Assembly: GCA_964404855.1 (NCBI GenBank)
Contig: CAYOLO010000002.1
Span: 131,494 to 195,493, forward strand
Direction: 5' to 3'
Source of the DNA: an uncultured Gammaproteobacteria bacterium
GTDB lineage: Bacteria; Patescibacteriota; Microgenomatia; CAYQLK01
Length of the DNA: 64,000 bases
Below the pieces are notes generated by a model that searched no databases, was not told the DNA's origin, and saw only the letters and a program-made list of their open reading frames with translations. The position numbers and the translations under genes are program-made. Shown in pieces: positions 1 to 9,170 of this stretch (the stretch's first letter is position 1; each line of letters begins with the position of its first letter).

Positions 1-274
1 TCTCTACCATTACAGCAAGTGGTGGTCTTTTTTCCCAAAGATCTTTTTGATTTTTTGTGTGAAGTTGCCCGTTAAGCGGACAAGGCTGATCTTTAACACC
101 AGCTTCATCAACCCCAGACTTATCAGTCAAATTAAATCCTGATTTTGACACCAAGCCACTACCAACAGAAGTTTTCGAGAAAAAAACTAACGATGATGCA
201 GTTGAAAGTATAAACAGAACTACACTTGAGACAATTAAAGTTTCCTTGGTAAGGCCCTTGTTAAAGATTTGCAT
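1..274 (-). CDS. DUF3048-like membrane-anchored protein (5' part; runs off window edge)
   Basis: Manual translation MQIFNKG...TM...QPCPLNGQLHTKNQKDLWEKRPPLAVMVE; the CPLNG...RPLAVMVE(N) motif is typical of DUF3048. Confidence 0.7.
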   Translation of the reverse strand, partial: MQIFNKGLTKETLIVSSVVLFILSTASSLVFFSKTSVGSGLVSKSGFNLTDKSGVDEAGVKDQPCPLNGQLHTKNQKDLWEKRPPLAVMVE

Positions 275-533
275 TAGGAAATTTTTGAAATAAAGTTTTA
301 CTTGTTTTTTTAAGGCAGGAGTACTAACTAACGATTAATTTTCTTCCTTTGGATAACTTATACATAATAGTCAAGTTATTTTCAATAGCTTTAACAGTTT
401 CTAAACTCAAAATAATTCGCATAGCTATTTAGAGTTATTGGTCTTTAGCCTCTTAATTGTTGTACAATTTTTCTGCAAGAAAAAACTTTTTTGGGCTTTT
501 TGCTAAAAACATAAAATTCGCCGAACGAACAAA

Positions 534-776
534 ATGGCATATAGAAAAAATATAAATCAAAACGAACGCAGACTCAGAGAATTGGCCGGCGCGATTAGGT
601 CACCGAAAAATGAACGGGTTTTGACTGACAAAACCAAAAAGCATTCAGATCTAAAAGAAATAACGATTAATACCGATGGCGATATCCCAAATATTAAGCC
701 AGACATAATCAAGGTCTTAATTATTGCTGTGGCGATTTTAAGTCTGCAAATTTGCATAAGCTTGACAAGCTTTTAA
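534..776 (+). CDS. small hypothetical protein with C-terminal TM helix
   Basis: 80-aa ORF with basic N-terminus and hydrophobic C-terminus. Confidence 0.55.
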   Translation: MAYRKNINQNERRLRELAGAIRSPKNERVLTDKTKKHSDLKEITINTDGDIPNIKPDIIKVLIIAVAILSLQICISLTSF

Positions 777-851
777 AAAAGGTGCTACTGTAGCTACAGG
801 CATAACTTAGCCTCAAATGAGGCTATATACAAAAAGGAGGTGAATGAATAA

Positions 852-995
852 ATGGAAGCATATTGCGTTAAGTGTCGTACAAAAAGAGAGATGAAAGATC
901 CAGTACCTGTTACTATGAAAAATGGTAAACCTGCAACCAAGGGTAATTGCCCAGTTTGTGGTTGTGGAATGTACAAAATCGGAGCATCCAAGTAG
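852..995 (+). CDS. DUF5679-like zinc-ribbon protein (47 aa)
   Basis: Not in ORF track; MEAYCVKCRTKREMKDPVPVTMKNGKPATKGNCPVCGCGMYKIGASK, two CxxC pairs, strong SD AAGGAGGTGA upstream. Confidence 0.85.
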   Translation: MEAYCVKCRTKREMKDPVPVTMKNGKPATKGNCPVCGCGMYKIGASK

Positions 996-1092
996 TTTTC
1001 TATTGGATTACCGTCTGAAGAAAACCCCCAAAGAAAAAATGTTTCCTTTCATTGAATAGAAACATGACTATGTTGGGGATTTTCTTTTTTTA

Positions 1093-2616
1093 TTAAAGAC
1101 TCGGAAGATTAATTTTAAAGGCTAGGCTTTCTGAAAAATGTTTTTTCTCAACACAAATTGATTTATCCAAATCAGCAATCGTTCTTGATACTTTCAAAAT
1201 CTTACAGATTGATCTTGGCGATAAATTTAACTTGTCAACTGTTTCTACAAAATAATCTAAATCTTTTTTGGCAAAGTTAATTTTTTGAATTAAATTTTTA
1301 TTTGATAATCGAGAGTTGTACGCAAACTCCTTACCATTCCTTTCTTTTGCAAAATTGATTGCATCAATAATTCGAGCCTTGATAACGCTAGATGACTCCT
1401 CATTCACAGTTGAGACCATGACACTGGGAGGCAATTCATTGACTGAGACAAATATATCAATTCTGTCCAAAATCGGACCAGATAGTTTTTTTCTATAATT
1501 ATCAAGTTGAGAAAATGTACAACTACAGGCTTTTAGAGGGTTGCGATAATAACCGCACGGACAGGGATTAGTTGAGCCAACAAGAATAAAATCTGATGGA
1601 AAAGAGATCTTATTACCTGACCTAGAAATTAATATTTCATGGTCTTCCATTGGTTGTCTGATTGATTCGAGAACCGATCTTGGAAATTCTGACATCTCGT
1701 CTAAAAATAAAATTCCGTTGTGCGCGAGTGATAATTCTCCAGGTTTTGCTTTTGGTCCGCCGCCAACAATACCGACTAAAGACGCAGAGTGATGAGGACT
1801 CCTAAAAGGAGGCGCAAAGTACTCAGCCCTTTTTGATTCCAGATTAGCGTCGACAAAAATTGAATACACCTCTTTAGCCTTTTGGCTGGTTAGATCTGGA
1901 AGAATTGTTGGAAATGTTTTTGCAAGTAAGGTTTTCCCTGTTCCTGGTGGCCCATAAAAAAGCACATTGTGCCTGCCGGCTGCGGCAATTTCTAGTGCCC
2001 TTTTTGCCAAGGACTGTCCTTTAATGTATTGAAAATCAAGTTCGGATTTTGTGGTTTTATTTTTTAGTTTTTTAGCTGATATTGAACAAATTTTCGGTAT
2101 TTCAAGACCGTTCATTATTCTACAAACGGTTTTAAGTGAATCGACAAAGATAACGTTTAGATTAAGAAATGAATTTTCAATTTCTGACTTACATGAGAGC
2201 GGAGCAATAATATTTGTTTGACCCAAATTCTCAGCAATTAATAATTCTGACAAGATTCCTTTAGATAGTGTGAGTTGTCCATCTAAATAGGTTTCCCCAA
2301 AAAATAACCAATTTGAGTATTCACCAATTGATATTTGACCAGAAGCTGACAAAATACCAACTAGTATTGCCAAATCAAAATGTGAACCCTCTTTTTTTGC
2401 ATCGGCTGGGGTTAAATTAACAGTTAAATGGTGCATTGGGAAATTGAAACCTGAATTAACAATTGAGGATCTTACTCTCGACTTGGACTCCTCGACGGTT
2501 TTGTCACCAAGCCCAACTATTTCAAAGCTCGGCAACCCGTGGTTATTTAGGTCAACTTCAACCGTGACTAGAGAATTTTTGAGTAATGCTGATGTGGTTA
2601 ATATTTTTGTAGTCAT
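1093..2616 (-). CDS. comM: YifB/ComM family Mg-chelatase-like AAA+ ATPase
   Basis: Walker A GPPGTGKT, PFRSPHHSAS, GELSLAHNGILFLDE, NPCPCGY motifs. Confidence 0.92.
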   Translation of the reverse strand: MTTKILTTSALLKNSLVTVEVDLNNHGLPSFEIVGLGDKTVEESKSRVRSSIVNSGFNFPMHHLTVNLTPADAKKEGSHFDLAILVGILSASGQISIGEYSNWLFFGETYLDGQLTLSKGILSELLIAENLGQTNIIAPLSCKSEIENSFLNLNVIFVDSLKTVCRIMNGLEIPKICSISAKKLKNKTTKSELDFQYIKGQSLAKRALEIAAAGRHNVLFYGPPGTGKTLLAKTFPTILPDLTSQKAKEVYSIFVDANLESKRAEYFAPPFRSPHHSASLVGIVGGGPKAKPGELSLAHNGILFLDEMSEFPRSVLESIRQPMEDHEILISRSGNKISFPSDFILVGSTNPCPCGYYRNPLKACSCTFSQLDNYRKKLSGPILDRIDIFVSVNELPPSVMVSTVNEESSSVIKARIIDAINFAKERNGKEFAYNSRLSNKNLIQKINFAKKDLDYFVETVDKLNLSPRSICKILKVSRTIADLDKSICVEKKHFSESLAFKINLPSL

Positions 2617-2655
2617 GCCCAATATTTATGTTTGGGCAGAGGTTGTGTAAATAAT

Positions 2656-2814
2656 ACGAAGATAACACGAATATTGCAATAGGTAAATAATAGTTACTCG
2701 TTCAAATACCGCGCAATTTATGCCTCTGTCAAAATTGACTTATATTTGAGCTACGTCCTTCGCTTCAGGAAACCTGAAGCTAACGAAGATAACACGAATA
2801 TTGCAATAGGTAAA
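2656..2814. repeat. 32-bp exact direct repeat flanking a 95-bp hairpin-rich insert
   Basis: acgaagataacacgaatattgcaataggtaaa at 2656-2687 and 2783-2814. Confidence 0.9.
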
Positions 2815-2872
2815 AATTTAATTAATATCCTAGAGTATTTTTATTTTGGTTAAAAATGATATAATTACGTTT

Positions 2873-3211
2873 GTCAGGAAGCAGTTCGGCTACTGTAGCA
2901 ATACAGAGGAAAGTCCAGACTGCATGCAAAGGGTGCGCCGTGTAAACGGTGACGCGTAAGCGCTAGTCCTTGATTTGTCAAGGCGGGTTCGGAATCAACT
3001 GAACACGAGAGCAACAGTGACGATGCCTTCATTTATTTGAAGGAGTGAAACGGGCAATCCTCCCCGCAGCAACCACGAAATAAACCGTTTGAGGTATTTG
3101 CGCCAAGGTTTAAAAGTTGGGCATCTAATGGGAAAACCTTAGAAATATTGTCTTTTGGCAATACTAGATAGATGGCCGTTAAAACAGAATCTGGCTTATT
3201 CGCTTCCTGAT
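2873..3211 (+). ncRNA. rnpB: RNase P RNA
   Basis: GAGGAAAGTCC near the 5' end, ACAGAATCTGGCTTA near the 3' end, terminal stem tcaggaagc/gcttcctga, TGATATAAT extended -10 just upstream. Confidence 0.95.
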
Positions 3212-3216
3212 AAAAA

Positions 3217-4236
3217 TTAATCTTTCTTTGTTTTTGGAAGTCTACCGACAAAAAACTCGTTTGCAAATATTTTGATTGTGACCGCAACAGGTACCGCCAA
3301 CACTGCCCCCATTATTCCATAAAGCTTTGTTCCAATAATTAATGCCAGAATGGTTACTAGTGGATTAATACCGATTGCTCTTCTCATTACAGTCGGAACA
3401 ATTAAATTATTTTCTAGCTGTTGAATCACAAAATAGAGTGCAACAGTTGCAATTCCAATTATTGGTGAAACAGTAAATCCTGCAAGAATTGCCGGAATGG
3501 CTCCAACTATTGGACCGATTACTGGCACAATTTCTGATAACCCTGCGACAATTGCTAAAGGTAAGGCATAAGGCACACCAAGCAACGCCAAGCCGATATA
3601 GGTTATTACTCCAATAATTATTACTAGGGTTATTTGCCCTCTTACCCAAGCACCAAGCCCAAACTCTAAGTTCTTGATAAGTTTTTCAGCTCTTTTCTCG
3701 TTTTCGCCCGTAAAAAGCGATTTAACCATGTTCGTAATTTGTTCCCAATAAAGTAGTGAATAAAAAGTAATAACAAACATTGTCATGATTGAAAAAATAG
3801 AATTAAAAAATCCTGCAGTAATTGTCACAGCATTCGAACCAAAATTGCCAAGCTGCCCAGTAATTGAGCCGGATATCTGATCAGATGAAATATTATTAAT
3901 AATTAAAATATCGTTAACTTGGTTAATAAGACTCGGTAAATTTTCTATCAACAAAGAAGTCTGCTCAATAAGCGGAGGAATAATTACTCTGAAGATAAGA
4001 ATAATAAGACCAATTACTACTAAATAAATTATGCCAATCGAAAGCGGTCGGGGGATTTTGCGCTTAACTAAAAAATCGACTGGACTCCTTAATGTCGAAA
4101 CAAAGATAAAGGCGATAAAGATAAGAAATATTACATCTAATAATTTTAATAAAATCCAAGAAGTTGCCAAAGTTGCTAAGGTAAAAATAATTGTGCGATG
4201 TGAAATTTCTATTTTTTCAGGAAAGGTTTTCATCAT
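3217..4236 (-). CDS. AI-2E family transporter
   Basis: Multi-TM; IVPVIGP, QQLENNLIVP, GAVLAVP motifs. Confidence 0.9.
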   Translation of the reverse strand: MMKTFPEKIEISHRTIIFTLATLATSWILLKLLDVIFLIFIAFIFVSTLRSPVDFLVKRKIPRPLSIGIIYLVVIGLIILIFRVIIPPLIEQTSLLIENLPSLINQVNDILIINNISSDQISGSITGQLGNFGSNAVTITAGFFNSIFSIMTMFVITFYSLLYWEQITNMVKSLFTGENEKRAEKLIKNLEFGLGAWVRGQITLVIIIGVITYIGLALLGVPYALPLAIVAGLSEIVPVIGPIVGAIPAILAGFTVSPIIGIATVALYFVIQQLENNLIVPTVMRRAIGINPLVTILALIIGTKLYGIMGAVLAVPVAVTIKIFANEFFVGRLPKTKKD

Positions 4237-5183
4237 TTACTATTATACCAATCAAAAACGTCAGTTTGAATATCATTTTGTATTGTGTCGATGTTTTGGC
4301 TATTAATTTCGTAAACATGAGCATTTTTTGTATTACGCATCCACGTTAATTGGTTTTTGGCATATTTATATATTGCGATTGGCAAATGAATATCCAAGTA
4401 CTCTTTTGATATTTCTTCGTTTAGATATCTATTAACTTCGCGATAGACAAGACCAATTGAATTTAGAATTTCGTCAGAATATTGTGTTTTTAGTAATTTA
4501 ACCTCTTCGATTAGTCCCATATTGAGTTTTTCTTGATACCACGAATTAATTCTCAATCTTAATATTTCTGTATCTGGCTTAAGATAAATAAAAAAACAAT
4601 CATATTTATTTGCAACTGGCTCGTTTTTTTGTAACTTTTGAGAATTTAAAAGAACCTCAATTGCTCGAATAATTCTTCTTGGATTATTTTGGTCTGAAAA
4701 ATTCAAACTAAGATATTTTTCTGAACTAATTTTGTTTAAATAGGCTGTTAATTCCGATATGGTTTTTTTAGCAAGTTTGTCACGAAGTTTTTTATCTGGT
4801 GCGATTTCTAAACTTTCAATTGAATTAAGGAGACTACTTACATATAAACCTGTACCGCCAGCAATTATAGCCACATCCTTTGTCTTGAAAATATTATTCA
4901 AAACTTCTTGGGTGTCCCTATTAAAATCTGATACAGAGTATGTTTGGTCTGGCGATACAACATCGTACAAATTGACCTTTATGTTATCGATTACCCAATA
5001 TCTTTTTTCTTTTTTTACCAAATCTAACTTTGAAAATTTTCCAGTACCAATATCCAAGCTTTTAATTACTTGACGTGAATCAGCAGAAATAATTTCTGTT
5101 TTTAGTTTTTTTGCGAGTTTTATAGACAAACTGGTTTTTCCAGAAGTAGTTGGACCGTAAATAATTATTAATTTGTTTTTCAT
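4233..5183 (-). CDS. miaA: tRNA dimethylallyltransferase
   Basis: GPTTSGKT, IISADSRQ, GGTGLY, RRIIRAIE, YAKNQLTW. Confidence 0.93.
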   Translation of the reverse strand: MKNKLIIIYGPTTSGKTSLSIKLAKKLKTEIISADSRQVIKSLDIGTGKFSKLDLVKKEKRYWVIDNIKVNLYDVVSPDQTYSVSDFNRDTQEVLNNIFKTKDVAIIAGGTGLYVSSLLNSIESLEIAPDKKLRDKLAKKTISELTAYLNKISSEKYLSLNFSDQNNPRRIIRAIEVLLNSQKLQKNEPVANKYDCFFIYLKPDTEILRLRINSWYQEKLNMGLIEEVKLLKTQYSDEILNSIGLVYREVNRYLNEEISKEYLDIHLPIAIYKYAKNQLTWMRNTKNAHVYEINSQNIDTIQNDIQTDVFDWYNSK

Positions 5184-5228
5184 TTAATTAAAGATTTTTA
5201 AGTTGAACTGAATTAGAATACTATATTT

Positions 5229-6893
5229 ATGGGCATAATTACGCTACATTCACGATTTTTTAAATTTTGTGCTAAGCACTGGATTTGGATAATTTTTCTA
5301 TTAACTAGTTTTTTGAGATTTTTTGACCTTAATTGGGATGGGGTTTACAAGCTACATCCAGACGAATTAAATATTTCAATTGCGATTCACAATATGGAAG
5401 AAAATCCTGATTTTAATCCTGATTTTTTTGCTTATGGAACTTTACCAATCGGGCTAATATTTACCATCAAACAATTCTTTTTAAGTTTTTTTGAGATTTC
5501 ACTTAATGACTACTTAGTGGGTAGGTTTATATCAGCAACTTTAAGTAGTTTATCGATTTTAATTTTTTATAAATGGATTAAATTATTTGCTAAAAAAATA
5601 TATCCGAAAAATGAGCAGCTTTTTTTGTTTATTTCGGTTTTTATACTTGCCTTTTCTCCTGCTGTTATTCAATCAGCGCATTTTATGACTTTCGAGTCGA
5701 TACTAATTTTTGAGTATTTACTGTTCTCTCTGGCAGCAACTAATTATTTGATAAAGAAATCTAAACTTTATTTATTTTTGGTTGGAGTAATTACTGGAGT
5801 TGCGATCGCTACAAAAATTACCAGCTTTTTCTTATTGCCAATTTTTGTTTTGATTATATTTTTATCTTATTACAAAAAACTTAACCAAAAAAAAAGTTTT
5901 TTAATAACTGTTCACCACTTGGCTTATTTTATTTTTATTTCAATACTAACCGCTTCAGTTTTGTCGCCGTTTTCAATTATGAATTGGAATAAGTTTTTAG
6001 ACATAATAAAATATGAAAGTTCGGTTGCAGATGGAGATTTGAGAGTTTTTTATACTCAACAGTTTTTTAATACTACACCAGTTATTTTTCAAACAAGAAG
6101 TGTTTTAGATTTTTTGCTTGGTGGATTTGTATGGTTGTTTTTTACAATATTAGGCTTTTATTATTTCGCAAGAAATTCAAAACGATATTACCTATATATA
6201 CCATTTGTTTTTTTATTGCTTGGATGGCTACCGACTAGTTTTCTATTTGTGAAATGGATACGATACTCCGTTTATTTCACGCCTTTTTTTGCAATCTTTG
6301 CCGCAGTTGGGATGATGGGGGTTTTAAGAAATCATATAAAAATACGCAACCTGTTATTAGTATCTACTTTTCTTATTAGCTTAATTAATTTGTGGATGTT
6401 TTATAGAGTTTATACTGCGGAAGACACAAGAATTACTACAGCAAAATGGGCTGAACATCACATACCTCAAAATTCAAATATTTTATCCGAGTCTTATGAT
6501 CTGAGCATAATACCGTTTAATAATAAATTTATGGATTCTATTACATTATTTGATTTTTATAATTTAAACGACATAGCGGCTTCAAAGTTTTTATCAAACC
6601 AACTTGAGAACACTGAATATATTATTTCTCCAAGCCAAAGAGTATGGGGAAATCTGAACCATCAAAAAGGCGACCTTTATAAAATCAATTACTATAATTC
6701 ACTAAATGATTCTAGGTTGGGATTTGAATTAGTATATACATCCAAAGTAGATACAGATTTCTTAATTTTTGGGTATGACCAAAAGAGATTGGAAGAGACG
6801 TTTTCTGTTTTTGATCATCCTGAAGTAAGAATCTACAAAAAAATTGGCCATAAAAGCTCAGAAGATTATTTAAAAATTATTACTGCTAAATAA
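5229..6893 (+). CDS. GT-C fold (GT39/PMT-like) membrane glycosyltransferase
   Basis: LHPDE loop after first TM, many TMs, C-terminal ETFSVFDHPEV. Confidence 0.75.
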   Translation: MGIITLHSRFFKFCAKHWIWIIFLLTSFLRFFDLNWDGVYKLHPDELNISIAIHNMEENPDFNPDFFAYGTLPIGLIFTIKQFFLSFFEISLNDYLVGRFISATLSSLSILIFYKWIKLFAKKIYPKNEQLFLFISVFILAFSPAVIQSAHFMTFESILIFEYLLFSLAATNYLIKKSKLYLFLVGVITGVAIATKITSFFLLPIFVLIIFLSYYKKLNQKKSFLITVHHLAYFIFISILTASVLSPFSIMNWNKFLDIIKYESSVADGDLRVFYTQQFFNTTPVIFQTRSVLDFLLGGFVWLFFTILGFYYFARNSKRYYLYIPFVFLLLGWLPTSFLFVKWIRYSVYFTPFFAIFAAVGMMGVLRNHIKIRNLLLVSTFLISLINLWMFYRVYTAEDTRITTAKWAEHHIPQNSNILSESYDLSIIPFNNKFMDSITLFDFYNLNDIAASKFLSNQLENTEYIISPSQRVWGNLNHQKGDLYKINYYNSLNDSRLGFELVYTSKVDTDFLIFGYDQKRLEETFSVFDHPEVRIYKKIGHKSSEDYLKIITAK

Positions 6894-6897
6894 TTTA

Positions 6898-8568
6898 ATG
6901 CGAAATACTATTTTGGGTAACGTAAAGAAAAAAAACTTTCTTCCGCCTTTAATATTTTTAATAATCACAGGACTTACACTTTATTTTAGATTTTTTAATT
7001 TGAATTGGGATTTGAGTCATTCATTTCATCCTGATGAAAGAAATATTATTGGCTCAAGTGTAAACGCTAGCTGGTTTTATGATCCAGGTTTTTATTCTTA
7101 CGGAAGCCTTCCTAGTTATGTTTATAGAATAATTGCTGATTTTTTAACACAGATTACAGGAGTTAATTATGTAAGCTATTCAAACTTACTAATTATTGGG
7201 AGATCAACCTCAGCCTTTGTGGGAACGATCAGTGTTGTTTTATTTTATTTTTTACTTAAAAAGTTTTTTTCTAATTATTTTTCACTGCTTGGCATGTTGT
7301 TTATGTCCACAAGTATGTACCTTATTCAAACATCTCACTATGCAACAACAGAATCGTTGATGTTAATGTACACAATTTTGATTTTGCTTTCGACAATTAA
7401 CCTTGTAAACAAAAAGAATATTCTTTGGGCAATTATCCTTGGTACATTTTTTGGGGTATCGCTTGGAACAAAAATAACCTCGGTTAGTTATTTACTAATT
7501 ATTTTGTCAGGATATTTATGGATATTTATAAATAATTATAAAACAAAGCTGGTCCAGACTTTTGGATTATTATCTTTAACTTTGTTTACAGCGTTATGTT
7601 TTTTAATTATCACCTGGCCATGGTTATTTTTAAATTTTGATAAGTTTTTAGAAGCCTCAAAATATGAAATTGGAGTAATTAATGGATCACTAAATGTGCC
7701 GTACACTAAACAATATATTAGTTCTTTAAATTATTTTTACGAACTAAAGAATTTGTCGTTTTGGAGTTTAAATTTTCCAATATTATTTTTGTCTGCTTTT
7801 GGGTTAATAGTAATGTTAAAAAATTTTACTAAAAAAAGTTATGCAGTAGTTATTATTTTGCCTTATTTTATTTTGTACTTCTTAATAATTGGACAAAATT
7901 TTGCAAAGTTTAATAGATATATGATTCCAATTGTGCCAATTTTTATAATACTTTCAGTATTTGCACTAAAATTTTTATATTCTTATTTTAAAACTAAGTC
8001 TGTTAAGAAATATTATTTTCATGTATTAATTCTTATTTTAGTAATAACTCAAATATTTTTTGCGTTCTCTTATATGGCAATATACTTTTCCGAACAAACT
8101 AGAATTACAACATCAAAATGGATTTATGAAAATGTACCAATTGGATCAAAATTATTAACTGAACACTGGGACGATGGCCTACCAATACAAATTGATGGAT
8201 ATTCTGCAAGCTTTCAATCAGAAGAGCTTAAAATGTATGATCAAGATAATGAGGCAAAAATTTTTGAGCTTGCTGAAAAGTTATCATCATCAGATTATGT
8301 AATTTTATCTTCTCGTAAGTTGTGGTCTACAATAATCAAACTTGAAAATGAGTACCCGATATCTTCTGTCTACTACAAAAAGCTATTTTCAGGTGAACTT
8401 GGATATGATATTGAATATCAAGGCAGATCGTTTCCAAGACTAGGCAAAATGGTATTAAACGATAACTGGGCCGATGAATCGTTTCAGGATTATGATCACC
8501 CAGAAACCTATGTGTTTAAAAATCAAATTAAATTATCGGAAAATGAATTAATAAAGTTGCTTAAATAG
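6898..8568 (+). CDS. GT-C fold (GT39/PMT-like) membrane glycosyltransferase, paralog of previous gene
   Basis: FHPDE, FYSYGSLP, EHWDD, ESFQDYDHPE motifs. Confidence 0.78.
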   Translation: MRNTILGNVKKKNFLPPLIFLIITGLTLYFRFFNLNWDLSHSFHPDERNIIGSSVNASWFYDPGFYSYGSLPSYVYRIIADFLTQITGVNYVSYSNLLIIGRSTSAFVGTISVVLFYFLLKKFFSNYFSLLGMLFMSTSMYLIQTSHYATTESLMLMYTILILLSTINLVNKKNILWAIILGTFFGVSLGTKITSVSYLLIILSGYLWIFINNYKTKLVQTFGLLSLTLFTALCFLIITWPWLFLNFDKFLEASKYEIGVINGSLNVPYTKQYISSLNYFYELKNLSFWSLNFPILFLSAFGLIVMLKNFTKKSYAVVIILPYFILYFLIIGQNFAKFNRYMIPIVPIFIILSVFALKFLYSYFKTKSVKKYYFHVLILILVITQIFFAFSYMAIYFSEQTRITTSKWIYENVPIGSKLLTEHWDDGLPIQIDGYSASFQSEELKMYDQDNEAKIFELAEKLSSSDYVILSSRKLWSTIIKLENEYPISSVYYKKLFSGELGYDIEYQGRSFPRLGKMVLNDNWADESFQDYDHPETYVFKNQIKLSENELIKLLK

Positions 8569-8570
8569 TA

Positions 8571-9170
8571 ATGATAAAAAAACGAAAAAAAATAAACATT
8601 GGTATTGATATCGACGGAATCTTTGTTGACAAACCACCACTGGTTCCAGCAAGGGTAATAAACTATTTGTACAGGAAAACTAATAATAAATCACTGGAAT
8701 ATAAAATACCTTTAAACTATTTTGACAAAAAAATACGAATTATTAGCCATTTAAAGATATTTAGGCCAATTATTAAAAATAATCTTAACTGGCTTAAAGA
8801 AAATTCAAGTAATACAAATATAAATATTTTTATTGTGTCGGGTAGATATTCGTTTTTAGAGAACAGGACAAAAAAATTACTTAAAAATAATGGCATTGTT
8901 CTTAAAAACGAAAGAATTAAGTTAAACACCAAAGACATTCAGCCTCATATTTTTAAAGATCAAATCGTTAAAAATCTGAATATTGACTATATGATTGATG
9001 ATGATATTTTTATGCTGAAGTACTTATCTACACTTAATCCAAATACTACTTTCGTTTGGTATGCTAACTCCCCATATTTTAAGGCTAATTTAAGCTACGA
9101 ATTAAATCACTTTAAAAATTTAATCAAAATTGATGACTTAAAAAATCTGAATCCACTAATAAAACAATGA
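8571..9170 (+). CDS. HAD-superfamily-like protein
   Basis: IGIDIDG motif I, SGR motif II, K and IDDD motif IV. Confidence 0.65.
   Translation: MIKKRKKINIGIDIDGIFVDKPPLVPARVINYLYRKTNNKSLEYKIPLNYFDKKIRIISHLKIFRPIIKNNLNWLKENSSNTNINIFIVSGRYSFLENRTKKLLKNNGIVLKNERIKLNTKDIQPHIFKDQIVKNLNIDYMIDDDIFMLKYLSTLNPNTTFVWYANSPYFKANLSYELNHFKNLIKIDDLKNLNPLIKQ

Noticed and set aside
794-991. 65-aa minus-strand ORF
   Set aside because: Antisense to the better-supported zinc-ribbon gene at 852-995
2656-2814. Possible mini-CRISPR (32-bp repeats)
   Set aside because: Only two repeats, a 95-bp structured spacer, and no cas genes in the window
3033-3287. 84-aa minus-strand ORF
   Set aside because: Antisense to RNase P RNA and overlaps the AI-2E gene end
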